Shown here piece by piece: positions 39,652 to 51,800 of a DNA stretch of 62,295 nt (positions are counted from its first letter, which is position 1; the number at the start of each line of letters is the position of its first letter). A program made the position numbers and the translations under genes. The notes under the pieces are model-generated. The model was not told the DNA's origin. It searched no databases and saw only the letters and a list, made by a program, of their open reading frames with translations. The stretch comes from Kiritimatiellia bacterium (GTDB lineage Bacteria; Verrucomicrobiota; Kiritimatiellia; RFP12; JBMNHG01), in contig JBMNHG010000002.1 in assembly GCA_050950285.1 (NCBI GenBank), positions 186,001 through 248,295 on the forward strand. Direction: 5' to 3'.

Positions 39652-42600
39652 ATGGTTGCCACCACCTACACATACGCCTTCGACGCCCTCGGCAGGGAGA
39701 CCAACACCGTCGTGACGGCGGTCGGCGCCCCCGGGGACGCCGTCACCCCCGATTGCGGGACGCTCGGCTTCACGGCTTCCGAAACGACGGCGTACCCCCA
39801 CGGCATCGGCGACCACGCCGTCCATGTCGACCGGCGCGGGGTGCGCACGGTCTCGACGAGCCGGTCGTTCGCCGACCGCGAGGAGAGCGTCAGCCTGACG
39901 TTCTCGCCGGCGAACCCCGACGTTTGCGTCGTGGCGAGCACGAACATCGCCTGCCGGAACGGGCGTTCCATCGCCATCCGAAGCTGGGACGGCGGCTGGA
40001 CGCGCGAAACCTCGTGGAGCGACTACGCCGCCGACGGGACGCGGCGCACCTTCTCCGTCGCCGAGGCGTCCGATTCACCGAACGCGGTCACGAATCAAAT
40101 TTCGCACAGCGATTTCCTCGGTCGCACGGTGGCGACGCGGAGGCCCGACGCCGCAGGCGCGTGGCTCGTCACCTCGAACGCCTACGACGGCGCGACCTCG
40201 CGCCTGGTTCGCTCGGAAACGACCGGACAGCCCGCCACGACCTACCTCTACGACGAACGCGGCGAGATGGCGGCGACCGTCCAAAGCGGCGTCGAGACCG
40301 CGTCGGAAACCCGCTACGAGAACATCGCCGGGGCATGGTGGCGGGTGGACGTCCGCAGCACCTCAAGCGGGGGCGTCGCCAACGCCGTCGCGACGACCCG
40401 CCGCCAGTTGACGGGGCTGTCCAACGCCCTGCGGAGCCGCACGGTGAACACCGGCCCGGACGGCTCGACGACGACGGAATCGGGCAGCTACAACCCGCAG
40501 ACTTGCGAGGTGACGACGGTTCGCGCCACCGATGCGGCGACGCCATCCGCCACCGTCTCGAAGTTCGGGCGTCCAATTCGTCGCGAATCGCTGCGGGAAA
40601 CCGTTTACAACTACTTCGACCCGCTCGGGCGCGTTGCATACTCGGAAATGCGCGACCCTGAAACGGGCGTCTATTCCCATTTCCGCTGGTCGGGACTCGA
40701 CGAGTCCGACAACGAGACCCACTACGGCATTTATTATTACGACGACGATCTGCACGTCACTGGATCGAGAACCTTCGACGCCTTCGGCCGCGAAACGTCC
40801 CGCACCGACGCCCTCGGCAACACCGTCACCAACACCTACGACGCCCTCGGGCGTCCGGTTGCCGCCACCGGTGCGACCTACCCCGTGGCCTACGGGTACG
40901 ACGCCGCCGGCCGCACGACCGCCCTCGCCACCGCCCGAGGCAACGCCGCCGGCTTCGCCGCCCTCGCCGTCCAGCTTGCCGGAGGCGCGTCCCTCGCATC
41001 CCTTGCGTCCCCTGCGTCCCTCGATCTCACCGCCTGGAACTACGATCATGCCACGGGACTGCTCACCAACAAGGTCTACGCCGACGGATCAGCCGTTTCC
41101 TACGCCTACAACCCCGACGGCAGGCTTGCCGCCCGCACCTGGGCGCGTGGACTCGCCACAACCTACGCCTACAACCCCGACGGCTTGCTCACCGCCACCA
41201 CCTACAGCGACAACACGCCGGACATCGTGCTGACATACGACCTCTTCCAGCGCCCCGCTTCCGCCTCCAACGCCGTCGCGCGATACGCCTACCAGAACAG
41301 CCACTTCGGCACTGCCACCAACGAGATGGCCATGGTTGGCGGCGACACCGCGACCCTGGCCCGTACCCTGGACCACCGCCACCGCCTGGCGGCGTTGCGC
41401 GTCGAGGATGCGCCACCCGTCCATTACGGCTACGACCCCGAGAACAGGTATGCTACAGTCTCCAACACCGCCTTCCGCGCCACCTACGCCTATACCTCCG
41501 ACAATCAGGACGAGGGCTACAGCATCATGCTGCCCAACGGCACGCTCCTCTCCCGTACCGTCGCCCGCGACCCCTACCGCCGCCACCTTGTCACGACCAT
41601 CACCAACAGCGTCAGCGGCGTGCCGTACAATCCGCTGGCCTACACCTACGACCTGCTTAACCGCGTTACGTCACGAAATGCCGACACCTTCGATTACAAC
41701 GCCAGAAGCGAAGTCACGGCGGCGGACATTGGAGCCCACACCAACCGCTACGCCTTCGACAACATAGGCAACGCGCTGTGGGCCTCGCTTAACGCCGTCA
41801 CGAACATCTACACCGCCAACGAACTGAACCAGTACACCAACATCCTCCGCGCCTCCGCGCCTCCGCGAGAGTTATCCTATGATTTGGATGGCAACCTGCT
41901 GACCGACGGTGTCTGGTCCTACACCTGGGATGCCGAGAACCGTTTAATTGCTGCCTATTCCAACGGCCTGTGCGTGGTGTCCAACGCCTACGACCACATG
42001 AGCAGACGCGTGTTGAAAGTCACCCCAACCGCGACGCACACCTACCTCTATGACGATTGGAATCTGGTGCAGGAAACAATTTCAACCGCATCCGGCACGA
42101 CAACCAACCATTACGTTTGGGGACGTGATTTGTCTGGAAGTATGCAGGGTGCCGGCGGCGTCGGCGGCTTGCTGGCGGTACAGACGGGCGGCATGTGGTA
42201 CTTCCCCTTCTATGATAACAACGGAAACATCATAGCCTACGCCGATGAATCTGGTGCCATCGTGGCGGAGTACACATACGACGCCTTCGGGCGTACCATA
42301 GAGGCAACTGGAGCCCTAGCAGACGAATTTCACTTCCGCTTTAGCACCAAGTATTACGATGCCGAGACAGGGCTGTACTACTACGGCTACCGCTTCTATG
42401 CGACAGAGTTGATGAGGTGGCTGAACCGGGATCCGATTGATGAGTCTGGTGGAGTCAACCTTTATGTATATATCAACAATGACCCTGTAAACGCAGCAGA
42501 CTATGTTGGCTTGTTGAAAATTTGGTATGACTCGTCAGGAAAAGAATTATGCCGAACGGAAAAATGGTGGCCGTTTTCAGTGACGAAGTATATCAAGGGG

Positions 42601-42861
42601 CCAAACGGAAACGTCAACTTTAATGGGCAGCGTTATTGGCAGGTTTGGCATCATGACAATGTATATCTTCCAGGAACCCACAGCGGTATAAACGAATATT
42701 GGGATGAACCCATGCTGCAGTTTGTAAATTCACAAAAAGGACTGACTTTCACCGCCCCCTCTTGGTACTTGCCTGCAATGCCTGAATGGATCAGATCTTA
42801 CGATTTGGTTATGGAAAGATCCCCAACAGGAGCGGCTTGGGACTATAAGCAATTTCACTAG
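39652..42861 (+). pseudogene. Orphan Rhs module 3 with toxin tip truncated by an IS4 insertion
   Basis: Near-identical to rhs from 39682 (matches 31906). Core ends PVNAADYVGL. The ORF stop TAG is supplied by the IS inverted repeat that starts at 42856. Confidence 0.85.
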
Positions 42862-44412
42862 CATCCCATAGGCGGCACAATTCACCCTTACCCATGCGGA
42901 TTTGCTTGGGTTTTTGATGTCTTTTTTGTGGTTTCAGGTTTGAGGTTTTCCCGGAGCGACCGGCCGTTTCGCGTTTTTACTGGGTTTTACGGCCCTGCTG
43001 TCCCATAGTCGAGCCGCCAGAAATCGAAAAAGGCCTGTATGGGCGGGGGTTTCCGCGGGATTCACCCGGTTTTGGCCGCGGTGCTGTCCCATAGATTTTG
43101 AGCATCTCAATCAGGTCGCGCTTGACCCACACCGCCGCGCGCGCGACGCCCGCGAGGCGCGAGAAGCTCAGCTTCCAGTCCGCGACATGGCTCATGAACC
43201 GCAGCAGGAGATGCACGAGCATCCCCGTCCAGATCTGCCACTTGACCGCGTTTTCGTTGTACCCTACGAAGTCGCGGATCTGGCAGGTCTGCTTGATTTC
43301 CTTGAAGAACAGCTCGACGGCCCACCGCGCCCGGTACAGTTCCGCGATGGTGCGCGCGCTCCAGTCGAGGTTGTTCGTCAGGAAAGTCATCTCCTTCATC
43401 TTGCCGTTCACCTCGACGTTCGCGGTCACGCGGCGCAGGGGGACGGGATAGAGCTTTTTGGAGCGGGCGAGGGCGGGCTCGACGAGTTCGTCGCCGACGA
43501 TGCCCGCGTCCCGGCTCTCCGGCAGGCGCTTGACGCGCTTGAACTTCATGTTCGTTTTCTGCCTGACCACGAAGAAGATGCCGCGCGCCCGCAGGTCGGC
43601 GAGGAAGGAGAAGTCCGTGTAGGCACGGTCGGCGAGGCACACGTCGCCCGCCTTCAGCCCGGCGCAGAGCGCCTTCGCGCGGGTGGAGTCGTGGTGGCCC
43701 GCGTCCTCCACGACGACGGCGGCGGGCAGGCGGCTGCCCACGTCGAGGTTCATGTGCAGCTTCGCCGCCGCCTTCTTCCTGCGGTGCCGCGCCCAGTCGA
43801 TGCAGTTCAGGCACAGCTTGATCGTGCTGGAGTCGATGGCGAAGATGCCGCGCTTCATCCGCGCGAGGAAGCCCTTGTGCCTCTTGTACTGCCCGAACCC
43901 CGGGCAGACGGTGACCAGATGGTCGAAGACCTCCCAGTACAGCCGCTCGGCCATGGCCGCGTCGCGGTGCCGGTTCGCGTTGGAGAACGTGTTGCGCTTC
44001 GGCGGCTGCGCCCCCCGGATGTTGCGCCACTCGCTCTCGTGGACGCGCGCCGCGTCCACGATCCCGTTGAGGCTGTCGCAGCCCGCGAGCTGGCCGTACA
44101 TCAGCGCGACCACATGGCTCACCGCCGACCACTTGCGGATGTCGAGCTTATACTCTTCGGCGAGCCGCTGGATCATCCCGGCGGGAATCCACTGGACGAG
44201 CTGCCGCAGCACGGTGTACACTGTCTTCGTCGGTTTCGGAGGCGCGAACCCAAGCAATTGGGGGAGTCGTTTTTTCATAATGCCTGTAGGTTACAGGCAG
44301 ACGCCTCCGAAGCCGACACTTTTTTGAAAATCTTTAGAGGCAACTCCCCGCCCCTAAAGTGTGCCAACTGCGGGAACCGTCCGGTTGCCGGTCCGCCTAT
44401 GGGATGCTAGTG
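42856..44412 (-). mobile_element. Apparently intact IS4-family (DUF4372-type) insertion sequence, 1557 bp
   Basis: TIRs CACTAGCATCCCATAGGCGG / CCGCCTATGGGATGCTAGTG enclose the transposase. No target duplication visible. Confidence 0.92.
42977..44278 (-). CDS. IS4-family DDE transposase
   Basis: AIDSSTIKL, AKLH, LADRAY and YRARWAVELFFKEIKQ (IS4 YREK motif). Confidence 0.95.
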   Translation of the reverse strand: MKKRLPQLLGFAPPKPTKTVYTVLRQLVQWIPAGMIQRLAEEYKLDIRKWSAVSHVVALMYGQLAGCDSLNGIVDAARVHESEWRNIRGAQPPKRNTFSNANRHRDAAMAERLYWEVFDHLVTVCPGFGQYKRHKGFLARMKRGIFAIDSSTIKLCLNCIDWARHRRKKAAAKLHMNLDVGSRLPAAVVVEDAGHHDSTRAKALCAGLKAGDVCLADRAYTDFSFLADLRARGIFFVVRQKTNMKFKRVKRLPESRDAGIVGDELVEPALARSKKLYPVPLRRVTANVEVNGKMKEMTFLTNNLDWSARTIAELYRARWAVELFFKEIKQTCQIRDFVGYNENAVKWQIWTGMLVHLLLRFMSHVADWKLSFSRLAGVARAAVWVKRDLIEMLKIYGTAPRPKPGESRGNPRPYRPFSISGGSTMGQQGRKTQ

Positions 44413-44443
44413 GAAACAAGTTGCATATATTTTTAAGACATTC

Positions 44444-44695
44444 GTGGTCATTGGTATGCTCTTTCTATGCATACACTCGGTCAATATGCTCAATGTTTGT
44501 CATGTGCAGAGAAAACTCATCATCGCAGACAACACTATCGAAATGACCAAAAGAGAACCTATTTCGAAAATGATAGACGGACAAGCTGAAGCATGGAGAG
44601 CAAATGCGGTGATTGCGTTCTTGTCATTGATGGCATTTCTGTTGATTTGCGGTATTTCATTGAAGCAACAGGAGGCCGGGAGAAGAAAGCGTTAA
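44444..44695 (+). CDS. Small membrane protein, possibly an immunity remnant
   Basis: 83-aa ORF with two hydrophobic segments, AT-rich, next to the IS end. The 5' end may be lost. Confidence 0.4.
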   Translation: MVIGMLFLCIHSVNMLNVCHVQRKLIIADNTIEMTKREPISKMIDGQAEAWRANAVIAFLSLMAFLLICGISLKQQEAGRRKR

Positions 44696-44775
44696 GACAA
44701 GCTAGAAACGATGAGAGCTTCGGCCTTCGATGCGACTTGAGTTGCATGGAGTGACCTATTCGTAGAAAGGAAGCC

Positions 44776-45101
44776 ATGAAACCCTATACATTCCTAACTC
44801 GGAGAATCCGGCCTAACAAATGGGTGTGGCTTGGTCTTTGCTGCCTCGTTTTGCTGGGTTTGCGGGATGGAATTTTGCGCCGTTGGACTTGGCGAAGGAC
44901 GGCGCAAACTGTTCGCTTTGTGGCTTGTGGACAGGACTCTTCAGTGACATGGCCCAGACACGAGAGTTCTCGGATGGAATGCTCTGGGCACTCATACCAA
45001 CTGTTCTAGGCCTCGTTATCTCGATAGGCATTGGCTATCTTTTCGCCTGCATTGTTGAGGTCTTATGCTGGCGACGGTCGCGCAAGGACTTTTTTCATTG
45101 A
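44776..45101 (+). pseudogene. Membrane immunity-like gene with a probable frameshift in a T-run near 44850
   Basis: RBS AAAGGAAG and MKPYTFL...WVWLGLCCLV, continuing in another frame as AGFAGWNFAP...LWALIPTVLGLVISIGIGYLFACIVEVLCWRR. Confidence 0.5.
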
Positions 45102-47059
45102 GAACTCAACGGAGCACACGTGTTCGGGCAGAAGAACAGCAGTCAACTGCTGTTGCGTGCGCTCTGCGACTATCGAGCGAGACGGCCACGGTCGGCGGCG
45201 ACACCGCGACCCTGGCCCGTACCCTGGACAACCGCCACCGCCTGGCGGAACTGCGCGTCGAGGATGCGCCACCCGTTCAATACGGCTACGATGCCGAGAA
45301 CCGGCACTCCGCCGTCTCCAACACCGCCTTCCGCGCCACCTACGCCTACACCTCCGACGGTTGGGATGCTGGCTATTCGGTGGCCTTGACGAATGGCGTC
45401 GTACTTGCCCGCAACCTGACCCGCGACCCCTACCGCCGCAGTCTGGTAAAAGCCATCACCAACAGCGCCAGCGGCGTGCCGTACAATCCGCTGGCCTACA
45501 CCTACGACCTGCTTAACCGTGTCACTGCACGCAACACGGACACCTTCGATTACAACGCCCGTTCCGAAGTCACATCCGCCATCATCCAGCCCGCCCACAT
45601 CAACCGCTACGCCTTCGACAACATAGGCAACGCGCTGTGGGCCTCGCTTAACTCCGTCACGAACATCTACACCGCCAACGAACTGAACCAGTATTTCCTG
45701 ATTTCCAATCATGTCAATCATGTCAATCCTGTCCAAATTTCTCCCGTATACGATTTAGACGGCAATATGACATGGGACGGGCGTTTCAACTACACGTATG
45801 ATGCGGAGAACCGCCTCGTCGCAGCCTATTCCAACGGCCTGTGCGTGGTGTCCAACGCCTACGACCACATGAGCAGACGCGTGTTGAAAGTCACCCCAAC
45901 CGCGACGCACACCTACCTCTATGACGATTGGAATCTGGTGCAGGAAACAATTTCAACCGCATCCGGCACGACAACCAACCACTACGTCTGGGGAAAGGAC
46001 CTCTCGGGTTCGTTGCAAGACGCGGGTGGTGTAGGCGGTTTGCTGGCCGTCTCGCTCAACGGCGCATGGTACTTCCCGTTCTACGATAACAACGGGAACA
46101 TCACGGCCTATGTTGACGAGAACGGCACCATCGTGGCCGAGTACACCTACGACGCCTTCGGTTGCACCATTGAGGCTACCGGCTCCATGGCCGACGCCTT
46201 CCGCCATCGCTTCAGCACGAAGTACTACGATGCCGAGATCGGCCTCTACTACTATGGCTACCGGTTCTACGCGCCGGAACTGATGCGCTGGCTGAACCGG
46301 GATCCTATTGGGGAAGATGGCGGAGTGAATTTCTACGGGTTCGTAGGTAACAGCCCCCTTTCCAAGGTCGATCCTTTCGGCCTTGCGGAACAGATTACGG
46401 GCAATGTCAAGGCGTCATGGTACGAGCTCGATTGGTGGGTGGGGAATGCTCTGCTCGGATCCCTCGAGGCCATTGTTGTTCCGCCCGGTGCTCAAGGCAA
46501 CATGATCAAGGGCTTTACCGCATCAGATCGGCACGGGCTCAGCAAGGGAAACAACGTGATCAAGGTGAAAAAATGCAGGGCGGTTTTCATACTTGTGGAG
46601 GTGGCACCGACTAGCGAGACCACGTTCCCCCAGGCCGGGAAATATGAGTATTACCAGGATCCAGATCCGTTTGTCTACCCGATCATCAGTTCGCAGTCTG
46701 CCAGCCTTGGCAGACAGCGAGGGGCTCATTCAATTATTGATCGGCAAGCATCCCGAACGATCCCGGATATCCCATACCCCCACAGTGCCCTTTGGATATG
46801 GAGGCCAACAGGTTCTGCCCTCGAAGCTTGGAATGTTTTTCTTGCTTCCGGCGTGGACCTCCGGACGGTGAAACCAGAAACATATGGGCTCAATGCCCAT
46901 CACCACTTTGCCTATGGGGAACTAATTCCATGGGACAACGTCAAGAAGGGGATCAACGATTACAAATTGTGGGTGGAGATGGTTGACGATACCGGCGACG
47001 TTCTCAAAGTACAGTCCTTTTATGACCTGTCTGCAACCATCGGAGAGAATGACAAGTGA
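45065..47059 (+). CDS. Orphan Rhs module 4 with unrecognised toxin tip
   Basis: Homology to rhs from about 45177. Core ends PLSKVDPFGL. CT 46385-47059. Confidence 0.88.
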   Translation: MLATVAQGLFSLRTQRSTRVRAEEQQSTAVACALRLSSETATVGGDTATLARTLDNRHRLAELRVEDAPPVQYGYDAENRHSAVSNTAFRATYAYTSDGWDAGYSVALTNGVVLARNLTRDPYRRSLVKAITNSASGVPYNPLAYTYDLLNRVTARNTDTFDYNARSEVTSAIIQPAHINRYAFDNIGNALWASLNSVTNIYTANELNQYFLISNHVNHVNPVQISPVYDLDGNMTWDGRFNYTYDAENRLVAAYSNGLCVVSNAYDHMSRRVLKVTPTATHTYLYDDWNLVQETISTASGTTTNHYVWGKDLSGSLQDAGGVGGLLAVSLNGAWYFPFYDNNGNITAYVDENGTIVAEYTYDAFGCTIEATGSMADAFRHRFSTKYYDAEIGLYYYGYRFYAPELMRWLNRDPIGEDGGVNFYGFVGNSPLSKVDPFGLAEQITGNVKASWYELDWWVGNALLGSLEAIVVPPGAQGNMIKGFTASDRHGLSKGNNVIKVKKCRAVFILVEVAPTSETTFPQAGKYEYYQDPDPFVYPIISSQSASLGRQRGAHSIIDRQASRTIPDIPYPHSALWIWRPTGSALEAWNVFLASGVDLRTVKPETYGLNAHHHFAYGELIPWDNVKKGINDYKLWVEMVDDTGDVLKVQSFYDLSATIGENDK

Positions 47060-47778
47060 AGACGGAACTACTGGCAGTTGCGATTGTTGTTGCGCTTTGC
47101 GGCCCGACGTTGGGCCAGGATCCAAACATGGACGCCGTGCGTGGGTGCATTTCCGCAGGCGTCAAGGCGAGCATCCCAGTTGATCAATACCAGCAGATGC
47201 TTGGACGTATTGCGGCCCTGCCCCGTACAGAGATGATCGTGGCATGGGCGAAAGAGTATGGGCTCAACAACCTGTCGACCTTTGTTGCTTGCAGCGAACC
47301 ATTTGAGCGTCGAGTCTTTGCTCTCGATTATCTCACAAGTCCGCCTGAGATCGCATGCGCGGTCTTTGGCGAGGCATCCCACGGCCGACACGTTTGCGAA
47401 GCATCCGACATCGGGGGAATCACGATCAGCTATTCTGGGGAAGAGCGTGGTGTTGGTGTTGTCGCTGGTCAGGTGACGGTTGAACGCCCGTTAGTCTATC
47501 GCGCCTTCTGTTGCTTCGTTGCCACCCGAAGGCAACCCGACGGAGCTTGGCGCCTGGAATTCCTCGGTGTTGCGAACCGGCTGAGTTCGGATATTCGACT
47601 CTCACGGCCTGTGTTCGTCCGGAGCGATAGGTGGGACGAGATTGACTTTCAGTTGCATTCCCTGGGGATACCGCTATCCTTGCCGACGGAGCAATTCAGG
47701 ACAATCAGCCCAAGTAGTTCGTCGGGCCAACAGGACCGGTCAATAGGAGCCGGCAATAATGGCGAATTGGGGAAATAG
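47056..47778 (+). CDS. Putative secreted immunity protein for CT4
   Basis: GTGA overlap, RBS GGAG, signal MKTELLAVAIVVALCGPTLG. Confidence 0.72.
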   Translation: MKTELLAVAIVVALCGPTLGQDPNMDAVRGCISAGVKASIPVDQYQQMLGRIAALPRTEMIVAWAKEYGLNNLSTFVACSEPFERRVFALDYLTSPPEIACAVFGEASHGRHVCEASDIGGITISYSGEERGVGVVAGQVTVERPLVYRAFCCFVATRRQPDGAWRLEFLGVANRLSSDIRLSRPVFVRSDRWDEIDFQLHSLGIPLSLPTEQFRTISPSSSSGQQDRSIGAGNNGELGK

Positions 47779-47780
47779 CG

Positions 47781-48227
47781 ATGCCTATTGCTTTCTCTCC
47801 GACGGCCTCGGCGCGATCTGGACAATCACCCTCGCACGGAAATGTTTCGCACATGGTACACGTACTCCAACTCCTCCCGCCAGCCAGTAGCCAGTGCGTT
47901 GCGCTGGCTACTGGCTGGCGGGGTGCCATAAGCGGCAAAGGAGAATACGCTTTAAAATGTGGTGTTGTCTGCCGAAGAGCGGGATGGGAAGACGCAAAAG
48001 CGGCTCTCGATGACTATCTCTTTGGGATTGAAATGGACGCTTGGAGTCATTACTACAATTATCAGCTTCGAGCACAAAGTGATATTGGCCGTGACAATCG
48101 TTTTTGGCGACTGGATGTTGTGACCTCTGACGGGCGGAAATTAAAAGATGGATATAGTCGAACTCACACATATAGAGCACCCCCACCTTTTGTGCCAAAA
48201 ACAAAATGCCCGAGGAGCGATCAATGA
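47781..48227 (+). pseudogene. Probable toxin C-terminal remnant (true start lost)
   Basis: The 3' two-thirds read as a soluble AT-rich domain (...TKCPRSDQ*) whose stop overlaps the next ATG, the same geometry as the CT/immunity pairs. Confidence 0.45.
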
Positions 48228-48805
48228 AAAAGAGAATGCAATGGCTGATTGGAGCATTGGCGATTGTTTGTGCCATCGTTCTGTTTTTCGTTTGTTTGGC
48301 TCACTTTAAAGGGCATCGCGAGTGCTACACAAAAGTCGACGACTGGGAAGAATGTTGGAACGAGTATTATTTTAGTGTTGGTCTTGCTTTGGATGCGCTT
48401 CAAGCTAGGCGCGAGGGCAGAACAAATGATTTCGAATCTTTGCTTGCCGATGACTTGTTTGATGGTTCGCTCAAAAAAGCGATACGTTTTCACGACGACA
48501 ATGGAGGACAAGATGAAGCCGATCAATCACTGAAAATGTATGTTTATCGTTGTGTCATTGATGAGGCGGCTGCTCCACGCCCACCGGATGGCGCACCATA
48601 TGACGCCGAGATGATCGCCTTGTTTCGCAGGATTGCGGCTGTTCAACCGACAATATCTCACATATATGTTGATTCCGAGGTTGAGGCTTTGGTGACACGA
48701 TACCTGGAGAAGTCAATTTTTGAATATGAAATGTTTGCCAGCCAATCGAATTCCAATTCACTGATCCCTGCGAAGGAGAACCCAAATAAAGAACATGACA
48801 AGTGA
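48224..48805 (+). CDS. Putative orphan immunity protein, membrane-anchored
   Basis: RBS GAGGAG, N-terminus MKKRMQWLIGALAIVCAIVLFFVCL. Confidence 0.72.
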   Translation: MKKRMQWLIGALAIVCAIVLFFVCLAHFKGHRECYTKVDDWEECWNEYYFSVGLALDALQARREGRTNDFESLLADDLFDGSLKKAIRFHDDNGGQDEADQSLKMYVYRCVIDEAAAPRPPDGAPYDAEMIALFRRIAAVQPTISHIYVDSEVEALVTRYLEKSIFEYEMFASQSNSNSLIPAKENPNKEHDK

Positions 48806-51800
48806 GTCGCTTCATGGGCCTTACGACCACCATGGTTGCGCGACCGAGGCGACTGTCGCATTCCGCGTCACCAACATCTGTACTCTGGACCACCGCCACC
48901 GCCTGGCGGAACTGCGCAGCGGCAATGCCGCCCCCGTCCATTACGGCTACGACTCCGAGAACCGGCACTCCGTCGTCTCCAACACCGCCTTCCGCGCCAC
49001 CTATGCCTACACCTCCGACGGCCGGACCAACGGGCTTTCCGTGTCCCGCACACGCCTGACGGGGCTTTCCAACGCCCTGCGCGCCTGTGTCGAAACCGAG
49101 GCCGACGGCGCGACCACGCGCGTCGCCACGTCGTTCGACCCGGTCGCCAAGGTGTCCACCGACACCCTCGAACGCACCGGCATGGCGACCACGACGCGCA
49201 AGCGCATGTTCGGGCGGGAGATCGAGGCGACGGACGCCGACGGCGTCACCCGCTACAACTACTTCGACCCCTACGGTCGCGTCTACCTCACGCGGGAGTT
49301 CACGGGCGAACGCTTCCACTGGCGCACCCTCGCCATGCGCGACAGCGTCGGCGACATCTACGCCTCGGCCCGCTTCATCGGCGGCACCCCGTACTGGAAC
49401 AACGTCGCCCAGTTCAACGGCTTCGACTCGCGCGGCAACCTCGTCGCCTCCACCAATGAAATGGGGTACGTCACGCATTCGCTCTTCGACTCCGCCGGAC
49501 GCCTCGCCGCGCGCTTCGGCGCGGCCTACCCCGTGGCCTACGGCTACGACGCGACGGGACGCCTGAAGTCCCTCTTCACCACGCGCAGCGGCGCAACGTG
49601 GGACGTCACGCACTGGAACTACGACCCCGCCACGGGGCTGGTCACCAACAAGGTTTATGCCGACGGCTCCGCGCTTGCGCATGGCTGGACGCCCGACGGC
49701 CTGCCGGAGCGCACCACCTGGGCGCGGGGCGCATGGCGTCATGTCGCGTACAACGACCGGCGACTTCCCGCCGCCGTCTCGTACTCCGACCCCGGCACGC
49801 CGGGCCATGAATTGTCCTACGACGCCTTCGGGCGGCTCGTCGCCGTGGCCGACGCCGCCGGACGCCGCCACGGCTACGCCTACGGCGCTTCCGCAGCCTC
49901 GCCGACGAACGAGACCGTCGCCGCGGACTCCGCCACGAACGCCATCGCCCGAATCCTCGACGCCAACAGCCGCCCGGTTTCGACGACCTTGCGCGTCAAC
50001 GACGCACCGCGCGGCGGAACGTGGCATGCCTATGCGGACTCGGGCAGGCTGGCGCACGTCGCCGCCACCAACGCCCAAGGGCGCGGGCTTGTGGCCGCCT
50101 ATACCAATTTCGCCGGGCGCTCATTTGGCCATTCGGTCGAACTGCCTTCCGGCGCGGTCTTCACGCGGACGCTCGCGCGCGACGCCTACCGCCCGAACCG
50201 CGTCACGTCCATTGCCCATGCGTTCGACGGCGTGGAGGTCAGCCGATACGCGCACACCTTCGATGCGCTTGACCGCCTCGCCGTTCGCAACGCCGACGCC
50301 TTCAGCTACAACGCCCGTTCGGAAGTCGTGTCCGCCACCGTCGCATCCAACGAATACGCCTACGCCTACGACCACATCGGGAACCACACAGCTTCATCTG
50401 TTAATTCCGACACAACAACCTTTGAAGCCAACGCCCTGAACCAATACACATCCTTGTCAAATCTTGTTCAATCTTGTAATCCTGTCCATGACCTCGACGG
50501 CAACCTGCTGGCCAATGGCGTGTGGTCTTACACGTGGGACTGCGAGAATCGGCTTGTCACGGCGTCCTCAAACAACGTTTGCGTTGTTTCCAACGCCTAC
50601 GACTACCTTTCCCGCCGCGTCCTGAAGGCCACGCCCGAGGCGGTTCACGCCTTCGTCTATGACGGCTGGAACTTGATTCACGAAACCGTGACGGCGGGCA
50701 ACGGCGACGTTTCGGAAATCCAGTACTTCTGGGGGCCCGACCTCTCCGGTACGTTGCAAGGCGCGGGCGGCGTCGGCGGTCTTCTGGCCGTTTCCATCAA
50801 CGGGCAGTTCTACCTGCCCTGCGTTGACAACAACGGCAACATCGCCGCCTATGTTGGTGAATCTGGTTCTATCGTAGCGGAGTATGTCTATGACGCCTAT
50901 GGCGGCACCATAGCTGCTTCCGGCTCGATGAGCGACACCTTCCGCCACCGCTTCAGCACGAAGTACTATGATGCTGAAACCGGGCTTTACTACTATGGCT
51001 GTCGTTTTTACGATCCCGTTCTCCACCGCTGGCTCAACCGTGATCCGATCCAAGAAAAAGGCGGGGCGAATCTGTATGCGTTTTGCGGCAACAATGGAAT
51101 AAACATCATTGATTTACTGGGGAAGCAGGGTGTAACGGTTTATAGAATCCATGCCATTGGGGACTCGATGACCTATGGCGTGCGCACAAAAACGGATCCG
51201 CTGATGGCGCCCAAAGACCCTTTGGACCTTGCCCATAGGAAACGCTTGGAAAACATACAGAACCAAGGTTGGCGCGTATACCTGAAACAAAAGCTTGACC
51301 GCGCAAGTTCGGGAAAGGCGTATCGGTTTGAGTTCTCGGGGAATTATCCAGCTTCCGATGATCCCGGGAACATCCGCCACGACGGCTATCCGGGGGACAA
51401 AGCGGGGAAGACTTACGAAAGAATTCAACGAGGTCAGATTGTCTGCAAGGAAGACGACATCTATATCTTGTTGATAGGGATGAACGATGCGCTCAACCTT
51501 GGTGCCCAACTCGCAAATGGGGCAAAGAAAGCGGATATCAACCCCGCTTTAAGCGCCATGACTGGCATTGCCACGTCTATTCGACAGGACGATCCCGCGC
51601 TGTTTCTCTGGGGGAAAATCCCCTATATTACTGATCTTGCAATGGATAGAAATTTGGATTACGTCCCCGCAAATGTCAATCTCCCCATCAAATACATCAA
51701 TCAGCATGTAGGCAATGAAGCGTCGTTTTTTGGGGCGACCGTCTTCGACTTGCAAAACTTGTTCATTGACAATCCTTCGTTTACCGACGACGGCTTTCAT

